A stretch of DNA of 64,000 nt, from positions 14,874,950 through 14,938,949 of the forward strand of contig NC_134029.1 in assembly GCF_964204645.1 (NCBI RefSeq). Direction: 5' to 3'. The notes under the pieces were generated by a model. The model was given only the letters and a program-made list of their open reading frames with translations, was not told the DNA's origin and did not search any database. Shown piece after piece: positions 1 through 12,400 of this stretch. Position 1 is the stretch's first letter. Each line of letters opens with the position of its first letter. Source of the stretch: Tubulanus polymorphus. Taxonomy: Eukaryota; Animalia; Nemertea. The position numbers and the translations under genes were made by a program.

Positions 1-575
1 TATTTAAGCATATTTTCTTACCACAATCAATTGGAAAGTTGTAGCTCATGACGTGGTTTATGATTGTGGTGAGTTTGAAGGTCATTGGATTTTGTATATG
101 GCCACCAGGGGGCGTTGAATAATACAATATCTCAGCATTTCTTTATTATATTAGACCTATGCATATTTTGCAACCACAATCAATTGGAAAGTTGTAGCTC
201 ATGACATCATCTATGATTGTTGCGAGGTTTTAAGGACATTAGTTATTCTATATGGTCACCAGGCGTTGGATAGTAGAATAACTTAGTATTTCCTTATTAT
301 ATTGGTACCTGGGCATATTTTGTTACCATGATCAATTGCAAAGTTGTAGTTCATGACATGTTCAATGATTGTGGTGAGTTTCGAGGTCATTAGGGTTTTG
401 AATATTGTCACCAGGGGGGCGTTGAATAGTAGAATAACTTAGTATTTCAATATCAAATTGGTAACGAGGCATATTTTGTTATCACAATCAATTACAAAAT
501 CGTAGCTGCTGACATGTTCTATGATTGTGGTGAGTTTCAAGGTCATTGGTTTTTGTATATGGTCACCACGGGGCG
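1..575 (+). repeat. Partial copy of Helentron/DINE-like element (internal ~154-bp tandem units)
   Basis: Unit ACCACAATCAATTGGAAAGTTGTAGCTCATGAC recurs near 21, 174, 326 and 482; same sequence at ~27000-27580 and ~34630-34970. Confidence 0.75.
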
Positions 576-2269
576 TAAGGTTTAACGAAAGGTTTTTCCC
601 TCGAACAATCGTTTATTCGATTAGAGTTGTTTCAATTTGAACAAAATTTTCTCAGGACAAAAAGTTTTTCATTTCAACAATAATATAGCTTTATTCGAAC
701 ACATTTTCTTGTCAGAGCGAAGAAAAGTTTTCGTTCGCACAAAAAGCGTATTGTTCGATCAAACAGAATTGTTTTCATTTGAACAAAATTTCAGAGCATT
801 AAGTATTTATTTGTTCGAGCAGGTACATTGTTTCATCGAAGCATTTTTCGTTCCGAAAAGCAAAATTTTGGTGAAACTAAATAGCCTTTTCATTATAATA
901 ATGAGTAATCTTTATTCAAACAAAATAAACTTCTCATTCGAACATAAATAATAATATGAATCTGGGTTTACTTTGTATCCAATATCCATATCATGCCTTT
1001 TAGGTTGAAGCCCATCATCCATGTTTCCGGCCATGTACGGCACACAGCTTGTTTAGGTCGTTTTTGAGCCGATTAATAGACAAATGGAGCAAATGACATG
1101 GTTTGCAGATGAATGGCTGCAACTGATTATATTCATGCAAATCATGCATCTATGGGTTCATTCTCCAATTCCGACAAAATTTTGAAAAAGGTCCTCATTA
1201 GAATATATAGAATGTTTTTTGCGATAATCTGAACACATCAGTATTGGTTTTCAAACCCCGATCAAAAAGCAATCTCCTTTTCGATTGGCTTAGGCACACC
1301 AAGCAGCAGGTGTTCATGTGGACGCATGGTATTGTCTACTCAAGTCCCAGTGGGCTATTGTGTTCACTTTTTATCTGTTGCCCGTCTGTTTGTCCATTCC
1401 TCTGTCGATAGATGGAAACCAGTTATTTTTTAAAGTTTTGAAGACGTTTCAATGGATTGTCTTGATTTTTCGTTTAGAGCTATATCTACACTAGATACAT
1501 CTTCTGCCTAAAAACTGGCCTGATCCGAATCAAGATGGCCGACTGGCAGCCATTATTGTTTGCCAAACAGACAGTGGTTTCTATTTGTCTACACTAGAGC
1601 AAACACCGCTATCCTCAGATAGTGTTAAAATCAATACTCCACCAGAGTAAAGGCATTTCCTATCTGTAACAACCTTGTGGTACCAACACGCGCAGTAGTG
1701 ATATATCGTATGTTATATACATTGAATTTCTCTTGGACCGCACATTTAAAAAAAGTTGAAGTTAATACAATTCAAGACTCAGCGAATTTCTTCTGTTCGT
1801 CAACAACTTGTTGGCAATCAAACTGTTGTGTGCTTTCAAAAATTATCGAGAATTTTATTTAATCATATATTTTTTATTCAGCCACCTATCTTCACTTTAT
1901 AAGCCTAGCTGTGAATTGTGCAGTTACAAATTGATATACACTACTGAATCCAAAAAGGGCCTACACGTAATCAATTGAATAACAGGCTATAGGATAAGTC
2001 CATACTGCCATGATTTTATACTCTTGTAGCTATACATAATGAATATAAACCTTAGAAAACCACCAAACTAATATCAAATCCCGACAGGTGGATAGGTTTT
2101 GGAGTATTGCTGTACTAGAAGGGCACTCCCGCAGAAAATTTTGAATTTTAAAGGTCCGAAATGCAATCTTTATTGAAGCACCTTTGGGGCATAAAATCTA
2201 TCCTTCTAGAAATCAAACTATTTTTGATTATTCGAATTGACCACTTTTGGTTTACCTTTGTCAGCGATA

Positions 2270-3370
2270 TGAAGTTGGCATTGAGCCAATTTCATGTAAA
2301 ATCGCGGTACGTTTTTTATGTGAGCATTTGTTTCATTGGTTCTCGGGTTAAACGACGTATAATCGATGCACTTGAAGACATGACGAACCACTGTCGATGT
2401 ACATGGTCAACTTTGTTAAAATTCTACGATAAACTGTTTTTGGGGGGAAAATTCTTAGCTCTCGCGTATAAAATTGCAATGACCTCGATTGGGAGGTGTT
2501 GTCTCTACGAGCGAATGTGATTGGCTGTTTTTGGGATATACGGGGAATTCCGGCGCTACTAAAATAATTATGGGTAAGCCGTCGAATGGCGAACGTTTCA
2601 TTGGACTAGGTGCCGTATACGTGCAAATTTCAAATGCTCATTGCTGTTGAGAATGTAATTATTATCCACCATAGGTATTGTTTCATTTTAATACCCGGTG
2701 ATTGATTTGATTGACACTGAAGTGCAAGTGAACATTCACTTACACAAGGCCTCCACGTGCGCGCGGAGTGCTACAGACTGTTGCATACACAAACACACGC
2801 TCGTACAGTATACACTACTATAGTGATAATGTAAACACTGCTTGCTGGCGCGTCTGACATTTCATCAACAGAAGATGAGCGCTATGTTTTCTGTTTGATA
2901 TAATTTAAAATAAATTGTAATTTCTTGTGACCTGAAAATATTAAGCAGCAAACTACAAGTATAGGTCGAGGTCTGAATATTGTAGTAGTAAATTCAAGGA
3001 TTTAAAACGATCTAATATGCCGATTTCTTACTGTGCCTGGTTAGATTCCGTGGCCATACATTGGAAGAGGTTTCCAAGACTAAATATTCAGCCACCCTCT
3101 GATATGTGACATCATATGAATTATATTTGAATATTTTTTCATATTGTGAAAAATATTTCTTTGAAAATATAAAATAGTTTCCCTGCCGCGCCTACCTGTA
3201 CCCTACGAAATGTATATTTTTGGTCTTATTTGACTACAAAATAATTCTTTGAGAAAGATGAAGATAGAACTTTGAAGTCACGAATTAAAAAGATTTTTCA
3301 AGCAATGCCCTTACCCCAAACAACCTCTAGCTTTCAAGGTAAACCACACTTTGCCCATGGGCAATTTATT
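2270..3370. repeat. Dispersed repeat, uninterrupted copy (interrupted copy at 26325-29905)
   Basis: Colinear similarity from GTTGGCATTGAGCCAAT to ACCACACTTTGCCCATGG in both places. Confidence 0.75.
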
Positions 3371-3575
3371 TATACTTTATTTCATTCATTTGTATTTTAT
3401 TTTGTTTATTTGTTGTAGTGACATGTACATCATATATGAAAGTATACAGAATATATAGATTTAGTACCCAGCCCTAATTAAGACTTATAAGGCACTTCAT
3501 ACTAACTGATGACATAACACGATTATGTGTAAATTATTGAGCAGGGAGTATATTACCATAGTATATACCATAGTA

Positions 3576-5381
3576 CCTTACAAAAAAATCACACATGTGA
3601 TTTTTTAAAAAAACGCGTGTGATTCACATGTGTAAAAATGGGACATTATCACACGTGTGATTTTGTATGCGAATCACACGTGTGATTTTGTCCCATTTTT
3701 ACACTGTGATACAGCCCTAAATGTGAATCACACATGTCATATAACACAGTCATGTGTGATTTATAACACATGTGATCTGCAGTCATCCTCATTGTTCCAG
3801 CTCTACATGACTGTATTCAAGAAGAAATATAAATACACATGCATAATGGTCAAAATTTGACCACTTCTTTCATTGGAAATGATGTTTCTACCATACTTCA
3901 CAATTTCCTAAAAACTCACATTGCAAACAATTCCAAACAATAAATCAATATCCCTAATATCAATCATCCGATAAAAAAGCAAAAGTTACATTATTATGAT
4001 AAGTGAAAGCAGACGAATATAAATGGGGCTATTGTAACACTCGCTTATAACATTTTTCAATCAACACTTACCATAACAGGACTCAAAACCTCTTTTTCAG
4101 TAATTTGTTCCGGCTGAAAGTATACGTTTCATTTTCTATGTAGATAAATTACTACTCGAGGAAATGTACTGACTAGATTAATAATGGAAAATTCCATTTT
4201 AATTTGTAAATGATTCATTCAAATGTAGAAAGAATTGGCAAATACTGTTCAATACCGGCTGATTGATCATTCAGTTTAGGAATTATACAGTATAGTATGC
4301 AAACGAGTGTCTTTTTCCTGGACAGATCGTGATTTAAAAATAGTTCATGGTGTAATCTAGGCCTACTTGTTATTTAACCTTTGAAAAAGCTAGGCATGGA
4401 CATGTTGTACTTTGCCATGCATCAATCATGGAATATTTGTAAAGCATCAGTCATGTCCATGAAATAAAGTTTGGATGAATTTGATTAATTGATTGATTGG
4501 TACACGCCACAGATTTTACCGATTACAGTACATTCAATTAACATCGTCCACTATGAATATTTGATGAAACACAATAATACTTGCTTTTGAGCTTGGATTC
4601 AAACACCAGACTTTTCAAACTAAGAAATTAAACATGAAAATTGATTAAAAACAGCAACGACTATCCTCGAAATAATTGCAAATGGCGCCATGCGTGCACG
4701 CTCATTCCGAGTCCTTTGCTTCCCATTGTCAACGGTTCGAATCCAGTAAATACCTACTAATTTTTCGAAGTCGTTTTTTAAAATTTATATTTTTTTAGAA
4801 CTCAACAGCGAATGTAAAAACATATAATAACCTTATTTTGTTTATTCAGCCGAATGAAAAAACAAACTCAATAGTCCGTGGACATTTGTACTTGGTTTTT
4901 GCACAGTAGGGGCACATGTTAGATAAAATCAAACCATGTGTTGAAAATGTTGAAATAATGAGTACAGTTATGGAAATATTCTTATTCCAACATGGATTCT
5001 ATGACAAAAAATGCAGATGTTCACAATTTGGAACCAACATGGGAATGGTTCATATCCTAAATATTCACACTGTTGCAGATTGGAATAACTGATGTTAATC
5101 ACATGTGTTATTCTTATGACATGTGTGATCCTAGCGGTTACACATGTGATCTGTGTTGTTGAGCCAATCACATGTGTGAATCACACATGTATTTCTCAAT
5201 CACACATGTATTTCAGAATCACACATGTGATCATGTGTTATTCACACATGTGATATGCTCCACAACACAGATCACATGTGTGATAGCTGGAATCACATGT
5301 GTTTTCTGTGTCTTTCACACCTTTCACACATGTAATGTGTGTTATTTCACACACATAACATGTGTGAATTTTTTGTAAGGG
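3576..5381. mobile_element. Non-autonomous DNA transposon with TIRs and CACATGTG-rich subterminal repeats (possibly EnSpm/CMC-like)
   Basis: CCTTACAAAAAAATCACACATGT at left vs ACATGTGTGAATTTTTTGTAAGG at right; dense CACATGTG/CACACGTG arrays near both ends; TSD not resolved. Confidence 0.55.
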
Positions 5382-6253
5382 TGGAACTTGTGTTCAATCC
5401 ACGCACGAAAATATATGTCTTCAAAAATATTGTTATTTACACAACCTCTTGATTCTAGTAGTAACTCAGTTCTTCGGTGTTCATATTCTTCTACATTCAA
5501 TGAAACTCATCTGGTGAATTGGCTTGTGTTGCAAGTTCCCCATTAAAAGTGGATTCACCTATAAAACCGTTGGTAATTGTATACCGGTATACATAAAACA
5601 TGTAGATAATCACATGTAGATAGATTCCAACATGGATTCTATGACAAAAATGCAGATGTTCACAATTTGGAACCAACATGGGAATGGTTCATATCCTAAA
5701 TATTCACGCTGTGTTGCAGATTGGAATAACTGATGTTAATCACATGTGTTATTCTAATGACATGTGTGATCCTAGCGGTTACACATGTGATCTGTGTTGT
5801 TGAGCCAATCACATGTGTGAATCACACATGTATTTCTCAATCACACATGTATTTCAGAATCACACATGTGATCATGTGTTATTCACACATGTGATATGCT
5901 CCACAACACAGATCACATGTGTGATAGCTGGAATCACACGTGTTTTCTGTGTCTTTCACACCTTTCACACATGTAATGTGTGTTATTCACACACATAACA
6001 TGTGTGAATTTTTTGTAAGGGTGGAACTTGTGTTCAATCCACGCACGAAAATATATGTCTTCAAAAATATTGTTATTTACACAACCTCTTGATTCTAGTA
6101 GTAACTCAGTTCTTCGGTGTTCATATTCTTCTACATTCAATGAAACTCATCTGGTGAATTGGCCTGTGTGGCAAGTTCCCCATTAAAAGTTGATTCACCT
6201 ATTAAACCGTTGGTAATTGTATACCGGTATACATAAAACCTGTAGATAATCAC
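4985..6253. repeat. ~640-bp tandem duplication (two near-identical copies)
   Basis: ATTCCAACATGGATTCTATGAC at ~4985 and ~5624; equivalent ORF starts at 5172 and 5813 (period 641). Confidence 0.9.
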
Positions 6254-6979
6254 AGGGTGGATAGACAACATTTCACTCTCTGTCTGCCATCCCCTGAGAC
6301 TTCGTTAGTGCAATACAGGCTGCAATTCATGTGTGATTTTTCTTGAACTTAGTGTGTAGAGATGTCCACCCCTATTGAAAATTCTTGAATTTTTTGTTAG
6401 CGCGATACAGCATAGAATTCTTAACGTATTTTAATGAAAGTTAGTTTTTCATGAAAGATATGTTGGTTTTGACATATGAGATGTGGGCCCTAACACAAAT
6501 GATGGTTGTCGGTCATCAAATATGGCCGCCAGGGATACCATCTTGAATTTTAATTGTTAGCACAGTACAGCCTATTATTCAGCCCATCAATCTTCATTGA
6601 TTTTAATGAAATTTAGTGGAGTGGTTTGTCTAGGATAGATGTGCATCCCTATTAAAAATGGAGGGCATCGAATGTCACATATGTGAATTTTTTTAATTTG
6701 AATTTTTCATTAGTTTGTACAGCCTACATTTCTTGATGGTGCCCATTGTGAGGATTAGGGCAGGTGACATGACCCCCTATTGAAGTTGTAAGTTGGCAGC
6801 CATCATTGCTATCAGGGTAGTCAGCTTGAATCGTTTCGTTGCATCATACGTACATGCTTCAAATTTGTTGAGGATTTACCTGAAACTTAGTGTGACGATT
6901 CCAGCAGGTCAGATGTGTTAACTTGATTGTACAATAACCAGGTATATTGTTGACGATTATTAAATATATATCTTTTCAG

Positions 6980-7110
6980 ACATCACTGGGTCAGGTGATG
7001 GGTGTGTTCGATTGTGGGAATGGGGGCACAGTCAATGCGTTACAGTTCCTCGGCAACCAGGCACACACCCAAAGGTTACAAAGATACTATTTAATGCACA
7101 AGGAAACAAG
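6980..7110 (+). CDS. DMXL: DmX-like (Rabconnectin-3 alpha) WD40 exon 1 in window
   Basis: ag|...|gt boundaries; translates (Y)ITGSGDGCVRLWEWGHSQCVTVPRQPGTHPKVTKILFNAQGNK, resembling the recalled DMXL1/2 C-terminal WD40 region; phase compatible with the next exon. Confidence 0.88.
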
Positions 7111-9071
7111 GTAAATACTTAGTTATGGATCATCATGAGAGATCTGATGTGAGAACTAGCATTTGATTAGGGTGCAAAAACCCTTCCTTTTGATATTTCC
7201 CTTTATTTTGAACCTTCCATCTTCCACTTTGAATTACTGCTATATGCGACTAAATCAATGTATGAAGAATTTACCACATTCTTCATCATTAAGTCAATGT
7301 TAGTTCATTAGGGTTTCAGCTGATTTCGCAGCAACCTCTTGTAATTCTGTTGATTATTATTATTCCTTGTCCCCTTTCCAGCCAAAAATCTTTTATAAAA
7401 TCAAACTCCTCTCAGATTTGACTACTAACAGCTTGTAAATGTAATATTCAATTCGGACAGATATATAACCTCCCGTTCGGTTCCTGAACTTTGCTGAAAA
7501 AAATGAAATGCTGAAAAAAAAAACGCTGAAATTTGAGAGAATTCCCGAAAAACGCATTGATTTAGTCTCAACCTAAGTTTCGGTTATTGAATTGGTTATT
7601 GTTATTACTTTCGGGCCGGTGTCCGCTGCCGAGTCGTGAACCGTGCTTTAGTCTCGACCTAAGTTTCGGTTATTGAATGGGTTATGTAGATATATGGCTA
7701 CAAGGTCGTCGTCTTCGGCTCCGTTCAACATGTTCAACTTTTGATGGCGTCAGACCAGAATTAGGTAAGTAGCTCGAACATGCGTATGGCTGGGACCCCA
7801 AAAATAGTACCTAGAGTGAAGAAGAGGTCCCCCATAAATATCGCCATAATTCTGCAAATGGGATAGGTACCAAATTTCGGTTATATGTATGAAATCCATT
7901 GGGCCTGAGAGACAGATTGATGATGAAATAAGGGATTTCCCCGACTTTTTTGCTTGGACTAAGGGAACCCATCACAGTGGGGGATTCCCCTCGATATTCG
8001 GCTCGGATATACTGGCATCCCTGTACTGGGATACCTTTCCTTTCTAAGGTTTGGTTATTTCAAAAGTTAGGTTGGGTATGTGGGGCAAATACCACTGCAA
8101 AATGCGTAGCTAAGATGCTGCCCTATGAGCCCTAAGCAGGATTTCCCCTAAATTTACGTGCTTATATATATGAACTAAACTCTCGAATTTCTTGTTTTAA
8201 CTATAGGATATAGAAGATTTTGAGAATAGTGGTCTGAGCTCTGACTGATTCATGGATGACCTAATTTCCTTGACAAGAGTCAGAAACTTCAGTTGAAGTC
8301 TTCAGTCTGGAGGAACAATTTTTCAGGACACACTGTATAACATGATTCTTGCTAGCCGAAAACTAGGTCATCAAAACTACATCAGTTTATCAGTTCCCAA
8401 AACTACCATCATGCTTCCCTGAAATGGAAAATTAAATAGATAATATTTTTCTTCATTTATTTACATTTTATTTGTCTGTACATCATGATGTATAATGTTG
8501 TTATTGTTTTATGTGCATGTACCGTTATGAGCTAAAAATGAATTTATCACTTCGTTTGAATAAATTGTTAATCACACTATGGTCGCCCGAATCGATATTA
8601 CTAAACCATTAATTTTCTAAACTGACATCATTCTTTCTTTTATTGCCTTTTCTACAAAACATATATTATAAGGCACATTCACACTACAGATTTAACATTT
8701 AAGTTGAAGTACAAAGGATAGTACAAGCTAATATATATTTATTATGTATTATATAAGTTACTCACAGGGGTCAGTTTCATGAAAATATGCAGCTTATTTC
8801 TTGTATCGGGAACCATGATCCAAAGCCAAGTTATGAATGCCGGAATTCACAGAGGGACGTGTACGTGCCAAAAACATGCAACAAAATAATCTATAACTGA
8901 ACCGACGAAAATCAAATGAACTAGATTTGATTGAAAATAATCCATCTACATGTATAAACTCAACACACACCAATTCTTAATATTTTTTTTTCATGGTAAT
9001 TCCTTGCAACTTACCATTCCAACTTTTAATGCAAGTAGTAGTTGAATGAAAATACAGTAAGGCTGAACCTG

Positions 9072-9412
9072 AGTAATTAGAAGATGGCGTTTTCAGATCA
9101 GAGGTCGAGAGGTCGAGACACCACTCATCACAGCTAGGCTCTAGTGAGAACGGACGATTGCTCTGTGACACACATATACAGTGAGTGCGCGTAACAACAA
9201 CTGCGCGTGGATAGATCGATACAGTGAGTCTCTACTGAGAACGGTTATTAACGCGTGTGCTGTTACTGTAGTACAGTGATTGCGTGTCAACTGTGCCCAG
9301 ATAAATAGATGCTGTGAGGCTTGGGTGAGAACGGTTAATAGCGTGTTTGTTATATACAGGGGGAAGTAATCCCCACTCATCACCACAAGTAATTTTTTTT
9401 CCTTATAAATGG
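9072..9412 (+). repeat. Left terminal inverted repeat of Polinton
   Basis: Reverse complement of 25595-25935; about two mismatches seen by eye; ends just past the PolB ATG. Confidence 0.95.
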
Positions 9413-12400
9413 AAGAGAATAAGACAGAACAAATTGATGTTAATGAAAATCAATATCATTGTCCATATTGTAAAAAATACATTGATAAATCTCAAAAATC
9501 GCGTCATGAAAAGTCTTCAAATCATATAAAAAATGTAATAGATTTTGAAACTCCAGAAAATTCCAATGAAAGAAAAGAACGATTAGAAAATATGAATGTG
9601 GATGAAATAAAATGTGAAGTTTGTAATGAATTTATAGTAAAAAGGAATTATAATAGACATCTCGAATCACAAAAACACCATCAAAATTTAAGTAATAATG
9701 TTTTAGGAAAAGATTATTTCGATGATAAACCTCAAAAAGTAAAAAAACCAACTTCAAAAACTAAATCCATTTCAAATAAACCTTACATGGAAAATGTTAG
9801 AAATTATATTGATTCACTAGAAATAAAAGATACAATTGAAATTTTAGAAACATTACATAGTAAAATTGGTCCTGCGGCTATTATATTTAGATTCTTTAAA
9901 GGTACAACAATAGAAGATTATAGTAAATTTAATGAAATAATAGAAAAAATACTAGATTTGATAACAGATGTTGAATATCCAAAAATTAGTATCTCTGGGA
10001 AAGTAAGTTTTATAAAGTCAGAAGAAAAAATGAATTATAATATTCAAACACACTCTGAAGAAATAATTTCAAAAACACAAATAAAAGAGAAGTTAGAAAA
10101 AATATTTAATGGATTTAAACGTCATATTGAAGAAAGATATTTTGAGGGTTCTGGCTTAACATTGAATGAAATTATATATTTAGATTTAAATGTTTACAAT
10201 ACAAAAAGAAATAAAACATCAAAAAGTAAAACAATGTTTAAAAATGATTCAAACTTTACAACAAAAAAGGATATTAAAGCATCATCTTATATTAAATTAC
10301 CAATTACGACAAAAGCAGTAATAAATATTCAAAATGAAGATAATAAATGTTTTCTATGGTCAATTATTAGTTGCTTACATCCAACACAGGAAAATGTTTG
10401 TAGAATAACAGATTATCAGAAATATGAAACATTATATAAAATTGATCAATATCCAGTAACTATAAAAATGATACCCAAAATAGAAAAAATTAATAAGTTA
10501 AAAATAAATGTATTCGAATTAATGCAATTACCAAAGACTAAAGGTGAAAATATTAAAGATTATACATTGGAAGCTTTATATTTAACAGAATATTATGATG
10601 ATGAAAATGCTATAGATTTGTTATATTACAAAAAAGATGAAAATGAACATTATATGTGGTTAAAACAAATTGATTTATTCTTTAGAACAGAAAGTGATTT
10701 TAACAGCCATAAAATTTATCTATGTAGAAAATGTTTATCTAAATTTAGAACTGAGAATGCGTTACTAAAACAAAGAATTATGTGATAATAAAGATTTTTG
10801 TAAATTAATAATGCCAACAAAAAAAGATTGTAAGTTGAAATTTACTAATCATAAATTTAAGAATATTGTTCCATTTGTAATTTATGGGGATTTTGAATCA
10901 TTGAATAAAGAATTAACCGATCAAGATAGAAAAGAAATATATAATAAAAAGCAATTATTAAAATCAATGGATAAAGGAAGTGAATTAAATGAAGATATAA
11001 TTCAAGACCCACCAATTATAAATACAATTAAAAAAGTTCATCAAAGAGCTGCTGCTTATGGAATTTATATAAAATCAAATTATCCTGAATTATATGAAAG
11101 TCAATATATTTCTTTTAGAGGTGAAAATGTAGTTAATGATTTTTGTGACAAAATGATTGAATTAGAAAGTGATTTTGCAAAATTATTAAACAAAAATAAA
11201 AGAATAGTTATGACAAAAGAAGATGAAATTGATTTTAATTATGCAACTCATTGTTGTTATTGTGAAAAACGTTTTTATTCATTTGATAAAAAAGTTAGAG
11301 ATCATGATCATTTAAATTCAAAATATCGTGGAGCTGCTCATGAAGATTGCAATTTACAAGCTAAGAAAGTTAATTTCGTACCAATATTATTTCATAATTT
11401 ATCTGGATATGATACCCATCTATTTATAAAACAATTATCGGGAAAATTGGGTGCAATTAATCAAGAAATAGAAGAATATAATGCTATGAATGAAGCAAAT
11501 GTAAGAAAATATGATTTTAAACTATTAGCTAAAACATCTGAAAATTATATTTCATTTCTATTTGGTTGCATTAGATTTTTAGATTCTTATAGATTTCTAG
11601 CAAGTTCATTAGATAATTTATCAAAAAGTTTGGTTGAAAATGATTTTGTTATAACTCGATATTATTATCCAAATGAACAAGATTTTAAATTATTGAGATA
11701 TAAAGGCGCAATTCCTTATTCATTTTATAAAACACATGATGATTTTAATGTAACAGAATTATTAAAAGATCAATTTTATGATCAATTAAAAGAGGAGTAT
11801 GTGAAAGACGAAGTGTTTAATAGAACATTAAATATTTGGAACCATTTTAAGATGAAAAAATCATGGCGAATTAGTTGATTTATATTTAAAATCAGATGTT
11901 ATGATATTGGCTGACATATTTGAAAAATTTAGAGAAGTTAATTTGAATCATTTTAATGTTGATCCTTGTAATTGCTACTCTAGTCCTGGTTTAACCTGGC
12001 AATGTGGTTTAAAATATACAAATGTAGAATTAGATTTATTAAAAGAACCAGATATGGTTTTATTATTTGAAAAATCAATTAGAGGTGGAATTAGTGGTGT
12101 TATGGGAGATAGGTATTTTAAAGCAAATGATGAATATAAATTATTATATATTGACGCCAATAAGTTATATGGTTGGGCAATGATGCAACCTCAACCATAT
12201 AAAAATTTTATATTAACAGAAGTTGAAAATGGTGATAAAACTGATTGGGAAAGCGCAATTGCGAGTTTAAAAGATGAAGCACCAATTGGTTATTTCTTTG
12301 TAGTTGATTTAGAATATCCTGAAAATATAAAGTTTAAAACAAGAAACTTTCCTTATTGCCCAGAACATTTAACTGTAGATGATAGTTATTTAAGTGAATA

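Noticed and set aside
1-575. ~154-bp repeats as a CRISPR array or standalone satellite
   Set aside because: Whole units are similar with no spacers, and they sit inside a dispersed element.
637-951. 104-aa Phe-rich ORF
   Set aside because: Built from degenerate TTCGAACA-like repeats also seen near 48180-48290; no protein signature.
3590-6010. THV/HTC-rich ORFs and possible CRISPR-like or E-box arrays
   Set aside because: Translations of irregular CACATGTG subterminal repeats; no constant repeat with unique spacers.
9141-9386. 81-aa ORF with a near-identical twin at 25537-25866
   Set aside because: Both are shadows of the TIR sequence; no start motif or protein features.
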